From: Bacteroidota bacterium
Lineage (GTDB): Bacteria > CLD3 > SB21
DNA: 64,000 nt
Reading direction: 5' to 3'
NCBI GenBank assembly: GCA_037445875.1
Contig: JBBIJR010000003.1
Span: forward strand, 13,109 to 77,108
Shown here: piece by piece, positions 10,068-18,091 of the stretch
How positions within the stretch are numbered: position 1 is the stretch's first letter
Layout of the letters: every line of letters begins with the position of its first letter
Notes under the pieces: generated by a model
Seen by the model: only the letters and a program-made list of their open reading frames with translations
Told to the model about the DNA's origin: nothing
Databases searched by the model: none
Position numbers and translations under genes: made by a program

Positions 10068-10086
10068 GAAACCCCTCCGGGGTTTC
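10068..10086. repeat. REP-like palindrome copy (gaaacccctccggggtttc)
   Basis: Family CCCC-N3-GGGG, same orientation as the 10018 copy. Confidence 0.5.
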
Positions 10087-10157
10087 AGGCCATGGTGTAT
10101 AATGAAAGTTCAAACACGAAATCATTCGTGAGTTCAATCACTTACCATCAGATGTAT

Positions 10158-10176
10158 CAAAACGCCGTAGGCGTTT
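10158..10176. repeat. REP-like palindrome copy (aaaacgccgtaggcgtttt), diverged
   Basis: CGCC-GTA-GGCG variant of the same hairpin, in the orientation of the 9530 copy. Confidence 0.45.
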
Positions 10177-10211
10177 TATGTCTGTAACAGCAACAAAAAG
10201 GAACTCAGCGT

Positions 10212-10228
10212 AAACCCCGTAGGGGTTT
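10212..10228. repeat. REP-like palindrome copy (aaaccccgtaggggttt) abutting the hsdM fragment
   Basis: Identical to the 9530 copy. It sits immediately 5' of the hsdM N-terminal coding remnant. Confidence 0.55.
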
Positions 10229-10552
10229 CATGTAAAGGAGACCCTGTCCGACATCGTCAATAAACTCTGGGGATTCTGCCACACCCTGCGCCATGACGGC
10301 GTGGATTACGGCGACTACATCGAACAGCTTACATATCTGCTGTTTCTCAAAATGGCCGATGAACGCGAAGTTCATGTGCCCAAAGGCTACGATTGGAACA
10401 GCCTGAAGAAACTTTCCGGCACGGAACTCACCGACCACTATTCGGAAATCCTCCGCAAGCTCCGGGAAAGAGGCATCCTTGGAAAGATATTCACTCAAGC
10501 CATGCCGCGTATCAATAATCCGGCACGAGTCCCGGACAAACGCCAAAAATAG
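10226..10552 (+). pseudogene. hsdM: N-terminal fragment (about 100 aa) of type I restriction-modification methyltransferase subunit HsdM
   Basis: ..IVNKLWGFCHTLRHDGVDYGDYIEQLTYLLFLKMADERE.. is the HsdM_N signature. The frame is open from just after the palindrome (ORF 10301..10552 uses an internal GTG). It stops after about 100 aa, whereas full HsdM is about 500 aa. Confidence 0.6.
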
Positions 10553-10772
10553 CCTTTCGCAGTCGCAGGTAGTCTCAAGTAGTCTCAAAATTTGAAGTGC
10601 CCTGTGCCGGGCCTTTATATTGCCTACGTTGATTTTTTAACGAGGCAAAATAAAAGCGATGGAAACTCCGGTCATAGAAAACGAAGAAGAATACGAAAAC
10701 TTGGATGTCGCCGAAGAAACACTTAAAACAAAAAGACCAATGAACATTGTTAACTGCTCATTGGTCAGTGTG

Positions 10773-11148
10773 CGGTGGAGACGACGGGAATTGAACCCGT
10801 GTCCGAGAATAAGCCACCTGAGATTTCTACGTGCGTAGCCCGCTTTGGGTTCTCGCTCCGGTATCGAAAGCGGACGAAAAGCGCCGGAGCCAGCTCGATG
10901 TCCCGACGAATCGGGTTCTCACCTCAGGCCTCCGAGCATTGGCCTTCGGCTAGTCTGTTTGAAATGACGCCCTGACCAACCCCGACAGACGAGAGTCAAC
11001 CAGAACGGACTGCAGAGTGTTACCTCTTAGGCAGCCAACGCGTAAGCGTTGTTGTTGTTTGTTTTTTCCCCGCTTGTTTAACGAGCACGCAGAGAAGCTC
11101 GGCACGCCGTCCCAGGACGCCTAGACCCGTCGAATCCAGTTCGTCCCC
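10773..11148 (-). ncRNA. ssrA: tmRNA (ssrA), about 376 nt, CCA not encoded
   Basis: Reverse complement gives 5' GGGGACGAACUGGAUUCGACGGG.. and 3' ..GGACACGGGUUCAAUUCCCGUCGUCUCCACC. Both are close matches to E. coli tmRNA ends (G3:U70 alanine identity pair preserved). Internal tag reading frame ..AAC AAC AAC AAC GCU UAC GCG UUG GCU GCC UAA (NNNNAYALAA stop). Confidence 0.85.
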
Positions 11149-11161
11149 GGAAATGCATCAC

Positions 11162-11190
11162 AATATACAACGTAATATTCACAAAAACAA
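11162..11190 (-). promoter_or_regulatory. Putative sigma70-type promoter for ssrA (TTGTTT-N17-TATATT on the minus strand)
   Basis: Reverse complement of 11150-11200 reads ttgttt ttgtgaatattacgttg tatatt, ending about 13 nt upstream of the mature tmRNA 5' end. Confidence 0.35.
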
Positions 11191-11205
11191 TCCAGGCTGC
11201 TTGAT

Positions 11206-11230
11206 TTGATAATTGACAATTGATAATTGA
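11206..11230. promoter_or_regulatory. Direct repeat ttgataattga (x2, 3-nt spacer) in the AT-rich spacer between ssrA and the arginase gene; possible operator
   Basis: Exact 11-nt direct repeats read from the sequence. Confidence 0.3.
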
Positions 11231-11280
11231 TGGGGCCTTGGATATATTGGCATCCGATTTCTTCATCGTTCAAGGAATTC

Positions 11281-12183
11281 ATGAACACGATCAGGGTCAT
11301 CGGCGTGCCGTTGGATCTGGGCGCCGGCCGGCGGGGCACGGACATGGGACCGTCCGCGATCCGCAATGCGGGGCTCTCCGAACGCCTGCTGGAACTCGGT
11401 TACACGATCCGGGATACGGGGGACATCTTCACCAAGAACCCCGAAGCGCTCGACGTGGGGGACGAAAAACTCCGATACCTGAGCGCCATCCTGAAAGGCG
11501 TGTCCACGCTGGCCCGAACGGTCGAAGAAAGCCTGGCGGCGGGTGAGTTTCCTCTCGTGCTGGGCGGGGACCACTCGATCGCCATCGGCACGATCGCCGG
11601 TCTGGCGGCCCATTTCCAATCGAAGCCGGTGGGTGTGATCTGGGTGGACGCCCACGGGGACATGAACACGCCCGAAACATCCCCGACAGGGAATGTGCAC
11701 GGCATGCCGCTCGCGGCCGCTCTGGGCATGGGCCACCCCAAACTCACGTCGGTGGGCGGGGATCGTCCGAAGATCAAAGCGGCCCACACGGTCATCGTGG
11801 GCGCCCGCACGCTGGACGGCGGTGAGGTCGAACACATTCGCCGGCTGGGGGTCACGGTCTTTACCATGCGCGACATCGACGACCGGGGCATACACGACGT
11901 CATCGACGAGAGCATACGGATAGCCGGAAACGACACGGCCGGCGTTCACGTGAGTTTCGACGTGGACAGTATCGATCCCTCGGTTGCACCGGGTGTGGGA
12001 ACGGCGGTCCTCGGCGGTCTCACGTATCGCGAAGCCCACTATATTATGGAATCGCTTCACAACAGCCAGCGGGTCGTCTCCATGGACCTGGTGGAAACGA
12101 ATCCAACGCTGGACGTCCGCAATGCAACGGCAAGGATCGGCGTGGACCTGGTCTGTTCGCTGTTCGGAAAAAAGATACTCTGA
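11281..12183 (+). CDS. rocF: Arginase (ureohydrolase family)
   Basis: ORF 11227..12183. ATG at 11281 (MNTIRVIGVPLDLGAG) with an AAGGA RBS. GGDHSIAIGT, DAHGDMNT and SFDVDSIDP are the Mn-binding motifs. Confidence 0.9.
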   Translation: MNTIRVIGVPLDLGAGRRGTDMGPSAIRNAGLSERLLELGYTIRDTGDIFTKNPEALDVGDEKLRYLSAILKGVSTLARTVEESLAAGEFPLVLGGDHSIAIGTIAGLAAHFQSKPVGVIWVDAHGDMNTPETSPTGNVHGMPLAAALGMGHPKLTSVGGDRPKIKAAHTVIVGARTLDGGEVEHIRRLGVTVFTMRDIDDRGIHDVIDESIRIAGNDTAGVHVSFDVDSIDPSVAPGVGTAVLGGLTYREAHYIMESLHNSQRVVSMDLVETNPTLDVRNATARIGVDLVCSLFGKKIL

Positions 12184-12198
12184 GTGGTTCGAGGCATT

Positions 12199-14868
12199 AT
12201 GAACATCAAGAAGCTGACCTCCCTCGTGGCCTGTGCCGTCCTCCTCGCCGCCGGATCCGTCCTGCGCGGCCAGGACGTCCGCTTTCTGGGCGAGAGCAAC
12301 GGATACGACGAGCAATTGCTTGCGTCTTACCTGGGGCTTTCCGAACAACGGCTCCTGCTGGACCTGGCCGGCGAATGGACGGTCACGATCGAAGGCAAGT
12401 CGCGCGCGGTCCGCGTGCCCAGCAACTACGAATACGAGGGACGCGTCGTGTACCGTCGCACGTTCACACCCGGGCCGGAATTCCGGAACCGCCATTTCCG
12501 GCTCACGTGCTTCGGCATCAATTTCAAGGCGGACCTCCGGATCAACGGAGAATTCATAGGCAATCAGAACGGCGGCTACCAGCGGACGGATTACGACTTG
12601 AACGAAGGGCTCATTCTCATCGAGGAGCCCAACACGATCGAGATCACGGTGTACGGCGACCTCAATGTCAGCAGTTCGATCCCCAAGCGGTCGAGCATGC
12701 TGCTGCCGCGGGCGTACGCAGGGATCTTTCGAGAGATCTATCTCGAGGCCATGCCGAAGACCACCATCGACCGGTATACGGTTAACTACACGCCGTCAGT
12801 GGACCTCAAGCGATGCGATTTCACGGTCGGTCTGCAGATCCGCAATTACGACTTCTCCTATCAGCGCAAAGACACGGCCGCTTTGCCTCATCCGGACGCC
12901 GGCCGGAAGACCTGGCGCTACGTCGTCGAACTCTATAACGATGAGGACCCCGCACCGATCTATACCAATCGCTACAAACGATATCGATACACGTGGGAAG
13001 CACCCAGGATGCCGGAACTGAACGACGAAGCGGTCCTCGAGTTTGAGCACTACACAACGGCCGAGGCGCGTTTTTCCATCGAAAAACCAAGCTACTGGCA
13101 CACCGAAAGTCCCTACCGGTACCGACTCGTGCTCTCTCTGTATCACGGGGAAGAGCTGGTAGACCGGATTCAACAATGGATCGGATTGGTCCGCATCGAG
13201 ATCAGCGAGCAGTATGTTCTGGTGAACAACCGGCCCCTGACGGTACGCGGTCTGGTGTACTATGAAGACTATCCCGGCTGCGGGAACACCGTGCCGTTTG
13301 CGATCATGGAGGAAGACGTTCAGCGGATGAAAAAGCTCGGCGCGAACGTGATCTACTTCAAACATCATCCGCCCCATCCGTACTTCCTCGAGCTCTGCAA
13401 CCGCTACGGGCTGCTGGTCCTCTATGAGTCTCCCATCACGATCCTCACCGAACGGACCGTGACGGACGAGGCGTACCTGGAGGATTTCAAGGACTACCTG
13501 CGCAACATGGTCCTGCATGACCGTTTGAACGTCTGCATTCTTGCATGGGGCCTGGGGGCCGGATTGGACCAGGATCTGCCCGCCGCCCAGACGTTTGTCA
13601 AACAGATATCCCAGGTTGTACGGTCCGCCGACGCACGGCCCATTTTCTGCAATCTCGTGTTTGGAAGCGGCCTCCGAATGGACGATGTGGACATGTTAAA
13701 CGTCGACCTCCGGACCAACAACACCCTGACGGCCAATCAGTTCCTGATGAAGGTCCACAACATGTACCGCGGGCGACCAATCGTCTGCACGTACGGGACC
13801 CAGATCTTCTCCAACAATCAGAACGGATACAGCGACCCCATGTCCACGAAATTCCAGGCGCGATTCCTGGTGGACCTGTACAAGAAGATCGGGGAACTGA
13901 AACTGACGGGCGGCATCATTCGTTCGTACAACGATGTGCGGGTCGCCCGCTCGCACATGTATGCCAATCCGAACGCGGACCCGACCGTGCTCACCAGCGG
14001 CCTGGTAACGTTTGATCGGAGAGAGCGGTTCGCCTATGAATACGCCCGGGCCCTGTATACGGAGGACCGCCTCGAACCGATTGTGATGGGTACGTACGAA
14101 GTTCAGTATCCCAAGACGTACCCCATCGTGGGTCTGTTTCTTGTTGTGCTGTTTGTGACCGTGTACCGGCAGAACGACAAGTTCAAAAGCAGCATTTTTC
14201 GATCGGTCAGCAAGGTGGAGAATTTTTTCAGCGATGTGCGCGACAACCGGGTCATCTCCCTGTGGCCGGCCGCGGCCAGCCTGGTGCTGAGTTCACTGGC
14301 CCTGGCCATGCTGTTCTCGATGTTGTTCTTTGAACTCAAGCGCAGCCAGGTGTTCGACGAGTTCATCGGCAGTTTGATTCCCTCGGCGGGTCTCAAGCAT
14401 TGGCTCGACCGGATGGCCTGGCAGCCCGAGGTGTGTGTGTTCGTCTGGTCGCTGGTCATCATGGCCAAGCTGGTGGGTGTGGCGGTGCTGATCTGGGTGC
14501 TGGCGTTCGCTTTCAGGACGCGGGTGACGTTTCAGCAATCGCTCCTGGCGGCGTTCTGGAGCGCATCGCATTTTGTCTTCCTGATACCGCTGGTCATTGT
14601 GTTTCACCGCTTGCTGCGTTACGATGGGCTCCTCGTGACGGTCGTGCTGATCACGATCTGGATGCTGGTGTGGTACGCCTGGCGTCTCGTTCGGATCTTC
14701 CGGATCATGTACGATGCCACCTGGCTGCGGACGGCCGCCATAGTCGGCGGCCTGTGGGGCCTGTGGCTGCTGTTCATCGGCATGCAGTACGCCCAACGAT
14801 ACGACTTCTACGGCACGCAGAGCTATATTCAACATCTGTACGAGAGCGGCAATTACAGCAACGAATGA
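12199..14868 (+). CDS. Secreted GH2-like (beta-galactosidase/glucuronidase fold) domain protein fused to a C-terminal polytopic membrane domain (about 6 TM)
   Basis: ORF 12184..14868. ATG at 12199, signal peptide MNIKKLTSLVACAVLLAAGSVLRG. GH2 TIM-barrel entry motif KKLGANVIYFKHHPPHPYFLELCNRYGLLVLYESP. The expected WSxGNE acid/base motif reads ILAWGLGAG. C-terminal hydrophobic helices from about aa 630. Confidence 0.6.
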   Translation: MNIKKLTSLVACAVLLAAGSVLRGQDVRFLGESNGYDEQLLASYLGLSEQRLLLDLAGEWTVTIEGKSRAVRVPSNYEYEGRVVYRRTFTPGPEFRNRHFRLTCFGINFKADLRINGEFIGNQNGGYQRTDYDLNEGLILIEEPNTIEITVYGDLNVSSSIPKRSSMLLPRAYAGIFREIYLEAMPKTTIDRYTVNYTPSVDLKRCDFTVGLQIRNYDFSYQRKDTAALPHPDAGRKTWRYVVELYNDEDPAPIYTNRYKRYRYTWEAPRMPELNDEAVLEFEHYTTAEARFSIEKPSYWHTESPYRYRLVLSLYHGEELVDRIQQWIGLVRIEISEQYVLVNNRPLTVRGLVYYEDYPGCGNTVPFAIMEEDVQRMKKLGANVIYFKHHPPHPYFLELCNRYGLLVLYESPITILTERTVTDEAYLEDFKDYLRNMVLHDRLNVCILAWGLGAGLDQDLPAAQTFVKQISQVVRSADARPIFCNLVFGSGLRMDDVDMLNVDLRTNNTLTANQFLMKVHNMYRGRPIVCTYGTQIFSNNQNGYSDPMSTKFQARFLVDLYKKIGELKLTGGIIRSYNDVRVARSHMYANPNADPTVLTSGLVTFDRRERFAYEYARALYTEDRLEPIVMGTYEVQYPKTYPIVGLFLVVLFVTVYRQNDKFKSSIFRSVSKVENFFSDVRDNRVISLWPAAASLVLSSLALAMLFSMLFFELKRSQVFDEFIGSLIPSAGLKHWLDRMAWQPEVCVFVWSLVIMAKLVGVAVLIWVLAFAFRTRVTFQQSLLAAFWSASHFVFLIPLVIVFHRLLRYDGLLVTVVLITIWMLVWYAWRLVRIFRIMYDATWLRTAAIVGGLWGLWLLFIGMQYAQRYDFYGTQSYIQHLYESGNYSNE

Positions 14869-15461
14869 GAAACCGGCTTAAGTCCGAGGATGTCCTCGAT
14901 CTGTTTCGGCGGAGCGGTGCTCTGCTGGAAGGTCATTTCGTTCTGACGTCCGGCGCCCACAGTCCGCAGTACTTTCAGTGCGCGCGGGTGCTGCAGTATC
15001 CGAACTGGGCACAGTTGTTGTGCAGCGAGATCGGCCTTCATTTCAGCGACCGCAAGATTCACGTCGTGGCCGCCCCGGCCGTCGGAGGCATCCTCGTCGG
15101 CCACGAGGTGGCGCGGACCCTCAACGCCCGGTGCATCTTCGCGGAGCGGGAGGAAGGTGTCATGCGGTTCCGGCGCGGTTTCGAACTGCACCGTGACGAG
15201 AACGTTCTCGTGGTGGAAGACGTCGTAACGACGGGCGGCTCGGTGCTCGAGGTGATGCGGCTCTGCCGCGAAGCGGACGCCAACGTAACGGGCGTCGGGT
15301 TCCTCGTGGACCGCAGCGGCGGAAAGGCCGCCTTCGACGTCCCGGCCTTCTCGCTGCTCAGCCTGGACGCCGTCAAGTACGATCCGCAAGATTGTCCTCT
15401 GTGCCGGGAGGGTAGACTGCCGCCGGTAAAGCCCGGCAGCCGTACCCTGTCGCCGCGGTAA
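14865..15461 (+). CDS. pyrE: Orotate phosphoribosyltransferase
   Basis: Inside ORF 14400..15461. The start ATG overlaps the upstream stop (ATGA). VVEDVVTTGGS is the PRPP-binding motif. Confidence 0.85.
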   Translation: MRNRLKSEDVLDLFRRSGALLEGHFVLTSGAHSPQYFQCARVLQYPNWAQLLCSEIGLHFSDRKIHVVAAPAVGGILVGHEVARTLNARCIFAEREEGVMRFRRGFELHRDENVLVVEDVVTTGGSVLEVMRLCREADANVTGVGFLVDRSGGKAAFDVPAFSLLSLDAVKYDPQDCPLCREGRLPPVKPGSRTLSPR

Positions 15462-15470
15462 AGAGGACCG

Positions 15471-16253
15471 ATGGAGTCCGACTGGACCGTCTGCGTGCTG
15501 GGGAGCGGCAGCAAAGGCAATTGCATTTACGCCCGGGCCGGCAGTACAGAATTCCTGGTGGATGCGGGCTTGAGGTGCGAAGCCCTGGAATCCCGGCTGG
15601 CCGCGATTGGCGTCCACCCGCGACGCATCCGCCACGTGTTCATCACCCACGAACATGCCGATCACATCGATGGATTGCGAGTGTTTTCCCGAAAATACGG
15701 TCCGAGGGTCCACGTCAGCCGCGGAACGTATCTTCACGTGGGCTCGCTGGTGCCCCGTCCCGCCGAGGTCCACGTCTTTGACGGTCCCTACGACCTCGAC
15801 GGCATCGAAGTGCACCCGTTTCCGGTTTCTCACGATGCTGTTGACCCGGTGGGGTTTTCTTTCGTATCTTGCGGCAAGCGGGTCACGGTCGCGACGGACA
15901 TGGGTTTCGTCGGCGCATCGGCGCTGGCGCACCTCAAGGACAGCGACGTTGTGATCCTGGAGTGCAATCACGATTCCGAACGGCTCATGCAGGGGCCGTA
16001 TCCCTTCATTCTGAAAAAGCGCATAGCGGGCCCGACGGGCCATCTGTCCAACCGCCAGGCTGCCGATGCACTGGTCCAGATTGCAAACGGACGTCTGAAA
16101 TACATCTGCCTCGCCCACTTGAGCCAGGAGAACAACACCCCTCATCTGGCGCTTTCGGCCCTGCAAGGCCTCGAGTTGACTCCGAACGGTGAAGGCGGAC
16201 CGGTGCTGGTGCTCACGCATCAGGACCGCTGCAGCGAAGTCTTACACTTTTGA
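15471..16253 (+). CDS. MBL-fold metallo-hydrolase
   Basis: HEHADH metal-binding motif. Beta-lactamase-superfamily architecture. Confidence 0.8.
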   Translation: MESDWTVCVLGSGSKGNCIYARAGSTEFLVDAGLRCEALESRLAAIGVHPRRIRHVFITHEHADHIDGLRVFSRKYGPRVHVSRGTYLHVGSLVPRPAEVHVFDGPYDLDGIEVHPFPVSHDAVDPVGFSFVSCGKRVTVATDMGFVGASALAHLKDSDVVILECNHDSERLMQGPYPFILKKRIAGPTGHLSNRQAADALVQIANGRLKYICLAHLSQENNTPHLALSALQGLELTPNGEGGPVLVLTHQDRCSEVLHF

Positions 16254-16267
16254 CGGGATCGCTTGCC

Positions 16268-18091
16268 ATGCACGACGGCAATTTTCTGGAGCACATCAAT
16301 CTGGAGAAACCGCTTAGCGAGGTGAAGAACCTCATTGAGACGGATGTTCGTGCGGCGAAGACGGACAGCGGATTTCTCACCGATGTGCTGATGAAGTATT
16401 ACCGACAGCCCCTGCCCTTTGATCCGGATCTGTTCCGTCAGATCGACAGCCAGCCCGTCGGTGTCCGGCTGGCCATCCAGAACGACCCGTACTGGAGCCG
16501 GATCGGCCGGTTCGTCCACATTCTGGACTTCAGCGAAAAAGAACGCCTCAAATTCGCCTCCGAGGCCGAGATCGAGAAGATCGCCATCTTTCTGCTTTTC
16601 GAGAAAGACCTCGACGTACTCGATCGTGTGTTCAACAATGCTACGCTGCCGACCAAGGTCCTGCTCGACTACATCAATATTATCAAAGAGCGCGATATCG
16701 ACCGTGAGGACGACAAGATCCTCCGGCTGGCGCTGAAGATATTCAAACGCCGCAGCCGCCGCATCATCAAGGCGCACGACATTCTGCGCCTGGCGAAGAC
16801 CGAGATCCGGGAAGATCCGTTCATTCAGCTGATCACATACGTGTGCGACGAAGACCCGCTCATCCGGGACGCCGCACTGAACGCCGTATCGTCGGTTCCC
16901 CTCGGACTGGTGGCGTCGGTGCTTCAGTCGGACCAGACGGTCGAACGAATTCGCACTTTTCAGCCGGCGATATCGGGCATTGCCGCGTTGGACATCCTGC
17001 ATGTGGCGGTGAAGCACATTCTTCGCATTCACGACACCCATGCCGTAATGGAATCGGGCCAGAACGAAAAGGTCCCGCCCGCCGGGGTCGATCTGTTCGG
17101 GTTGCTAGAATCGCGCAAACTCAGGGAACTCGACCGGTGCGTGGACGATCCCACCAATCTGTTCAATCTGGGCATGCTGGCATTCTGTCACATGGATCCC
17201 AAGGAGGAGGTCCAGAGGAAAGCGAGGGACATCCTGGCGGTCGAAGACATCCTGGAACTGGCCGGGGACGAGTCCACGCCGCGCGAATTGTCCATCGAGA
17301 TTCTGCGGCTCCTCGACCGGCATCCGGACGAAGACGTCAAGGCCCGCGTGCAGGAAATCCGTCTGGCGGAAGCCGAGCGTGTCAATAAGCGCATGAAGGA
17401 ACTCGAGGTGTCCGTAAACGCCTACTTCGACGTCGTCTTTCAGTCCCTCAACTACGCTCGTATCAACGACCAGAAGGAAGCCGTGCAGGTTCTGCGCGGC
17501 GCGTTGAGCTACGTGCAGCAGTTCAGCGAGACGGTGCAGCAAAAAGACCCGGGCACGGTGACCGTAACCCAGGGGTTCCTGCGGAAAGCGATCGAACACT
17601 ACGAGGGCTCGATTAACAATCTGTACATGGACACGAAGCACGAGATGTTCACCGAACTCGAGGAGATTCAGGGCATCGTGCACCACCTGCTCGATCTCAA
17701 GAACTTCAAGTTTGAGGAGGAGAGCGAGCAGTCCCCCCGGGACGTGGACGAGGCGGTGTTGAACAAGGCCGTCATGATCTGGCGATCCAGCATCAGCCAG
17801 TACCTCGGACGCATCAAGGACCTCGAAGAGATGTTACGCCTGAAATGGACGCGTCTCGTGCAGGAAACCGAGCCGGTCAAGAAGCTGGAACAGATCGAAA
17901 GCGAATTGTACGAGGCGTTCGGCGAAATGGAGAACCAGCACAAGGACGATGTGGACTGCAAGCTCAAGATCCCGTGCCGCGAGTGCAAGCGCCGCGGCTG
18001 CGCCTCGGAGCGATTCATGCTGCAGGTGGACTTCCTCATCTCCGAGATCAACGAGAACTTCAGCAAAGCCAATCACCCCGGGCATGTCTGA
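16268..18091 (+). CDS. Hypothetical alpha-helical (HEAT/ARM-like) protein with a C-terminal Cys cluster
   Basis: ORF 16250..18091. I prefer the ATG at 16268 (MHDGNF). No recognisable catalytic motif. The C-terminus has CKLKIPCRECKRRGC. It overlaps the downstream mpg start. Confidence 0.5.
   Translation: MHDGNFLEHINLEKPLSEVKNLIETDVRAAKTDSGFLTDVLMKYYRQPLPFDPDLFRQIDSQPVGVRLAIQNDPYWSRIGRFVHILDFSEKERLKFASEAEIEKIAIFLLFEKDLDVLDRVFNNATLPTKVLLDYINIIKERDIDREDDKILRLALKIFKRRSRRIIKAHDILRLAKTEIREDPFIQLITYVCDEDPLIRDAALNAVSSVPLGLVASVLQSDQTVERIRTFQPAISGIAALDILHVAVKHILRIHDTHAVMESGQNEKVPPAGVDLFGLLESRKLRELDRCVDDPTNLFNLGMLAFCHMDPKEEVQRKARDILAVEDILELAGDESTPRELSIEILRLLDRHPDEDVKARVQEIRLAEAERVNKRMKELEVSVNAYFDVVFQSLNYARINDQKEAVQVLRGALSYVQQFSETVQQKDPGTVTVTQGFLRKAIEHYEGSINNLYMDTKHEMFTELEEIQGIVHHLLDLKNFKFEEESEQSPRDVDEAVLNKAVMIWRSSISQYLGRIKDLEEMLRLKWTRLVQETEPVKKLEQIESELYEAFGEMENQHKDDVDCKLKIPCRECKRRGCASERFMLQVDFLISEINENFSKANHPGHV

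Noticed and set aside
10301-10552. Treating ORF 10301..10552 (83 aa) as a complete small gene.
   Set aside because: The reading frame is open upstream to about 10226 without a Met, and the sequence is the first roughly 100 aa of HsdM. It is a fragment, not a standalone gene.
10573-10592. Tandem 10-nt repeat gtagtctcaa x2 after the hsdM stub.
   Set aside because: Only two copies in low-complexity AT-richer DNA, most likely a slippage artefact of decay. It is not a CRISPR or a regulatory array.
10775-10975. ORF 10775..10975(+), 66 aa, and an unlisted short ORF starting about 10660 that run into the tmRNA region.
   Set aside because: They overlap the 3' half of ssrA on the opposite strand. Their amino-acid sequences simply mirror tmRNA structure. 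No RBS is present.
12199-14868. Naming the C-terminal membrane domain of the GH2-like protein (first impression: Yip1-like).
   Set aside because: This was only a helix-count resemblance and I cannot support a family assignment from sequence by eye. It is reported simply as a polytopic membrane domain.
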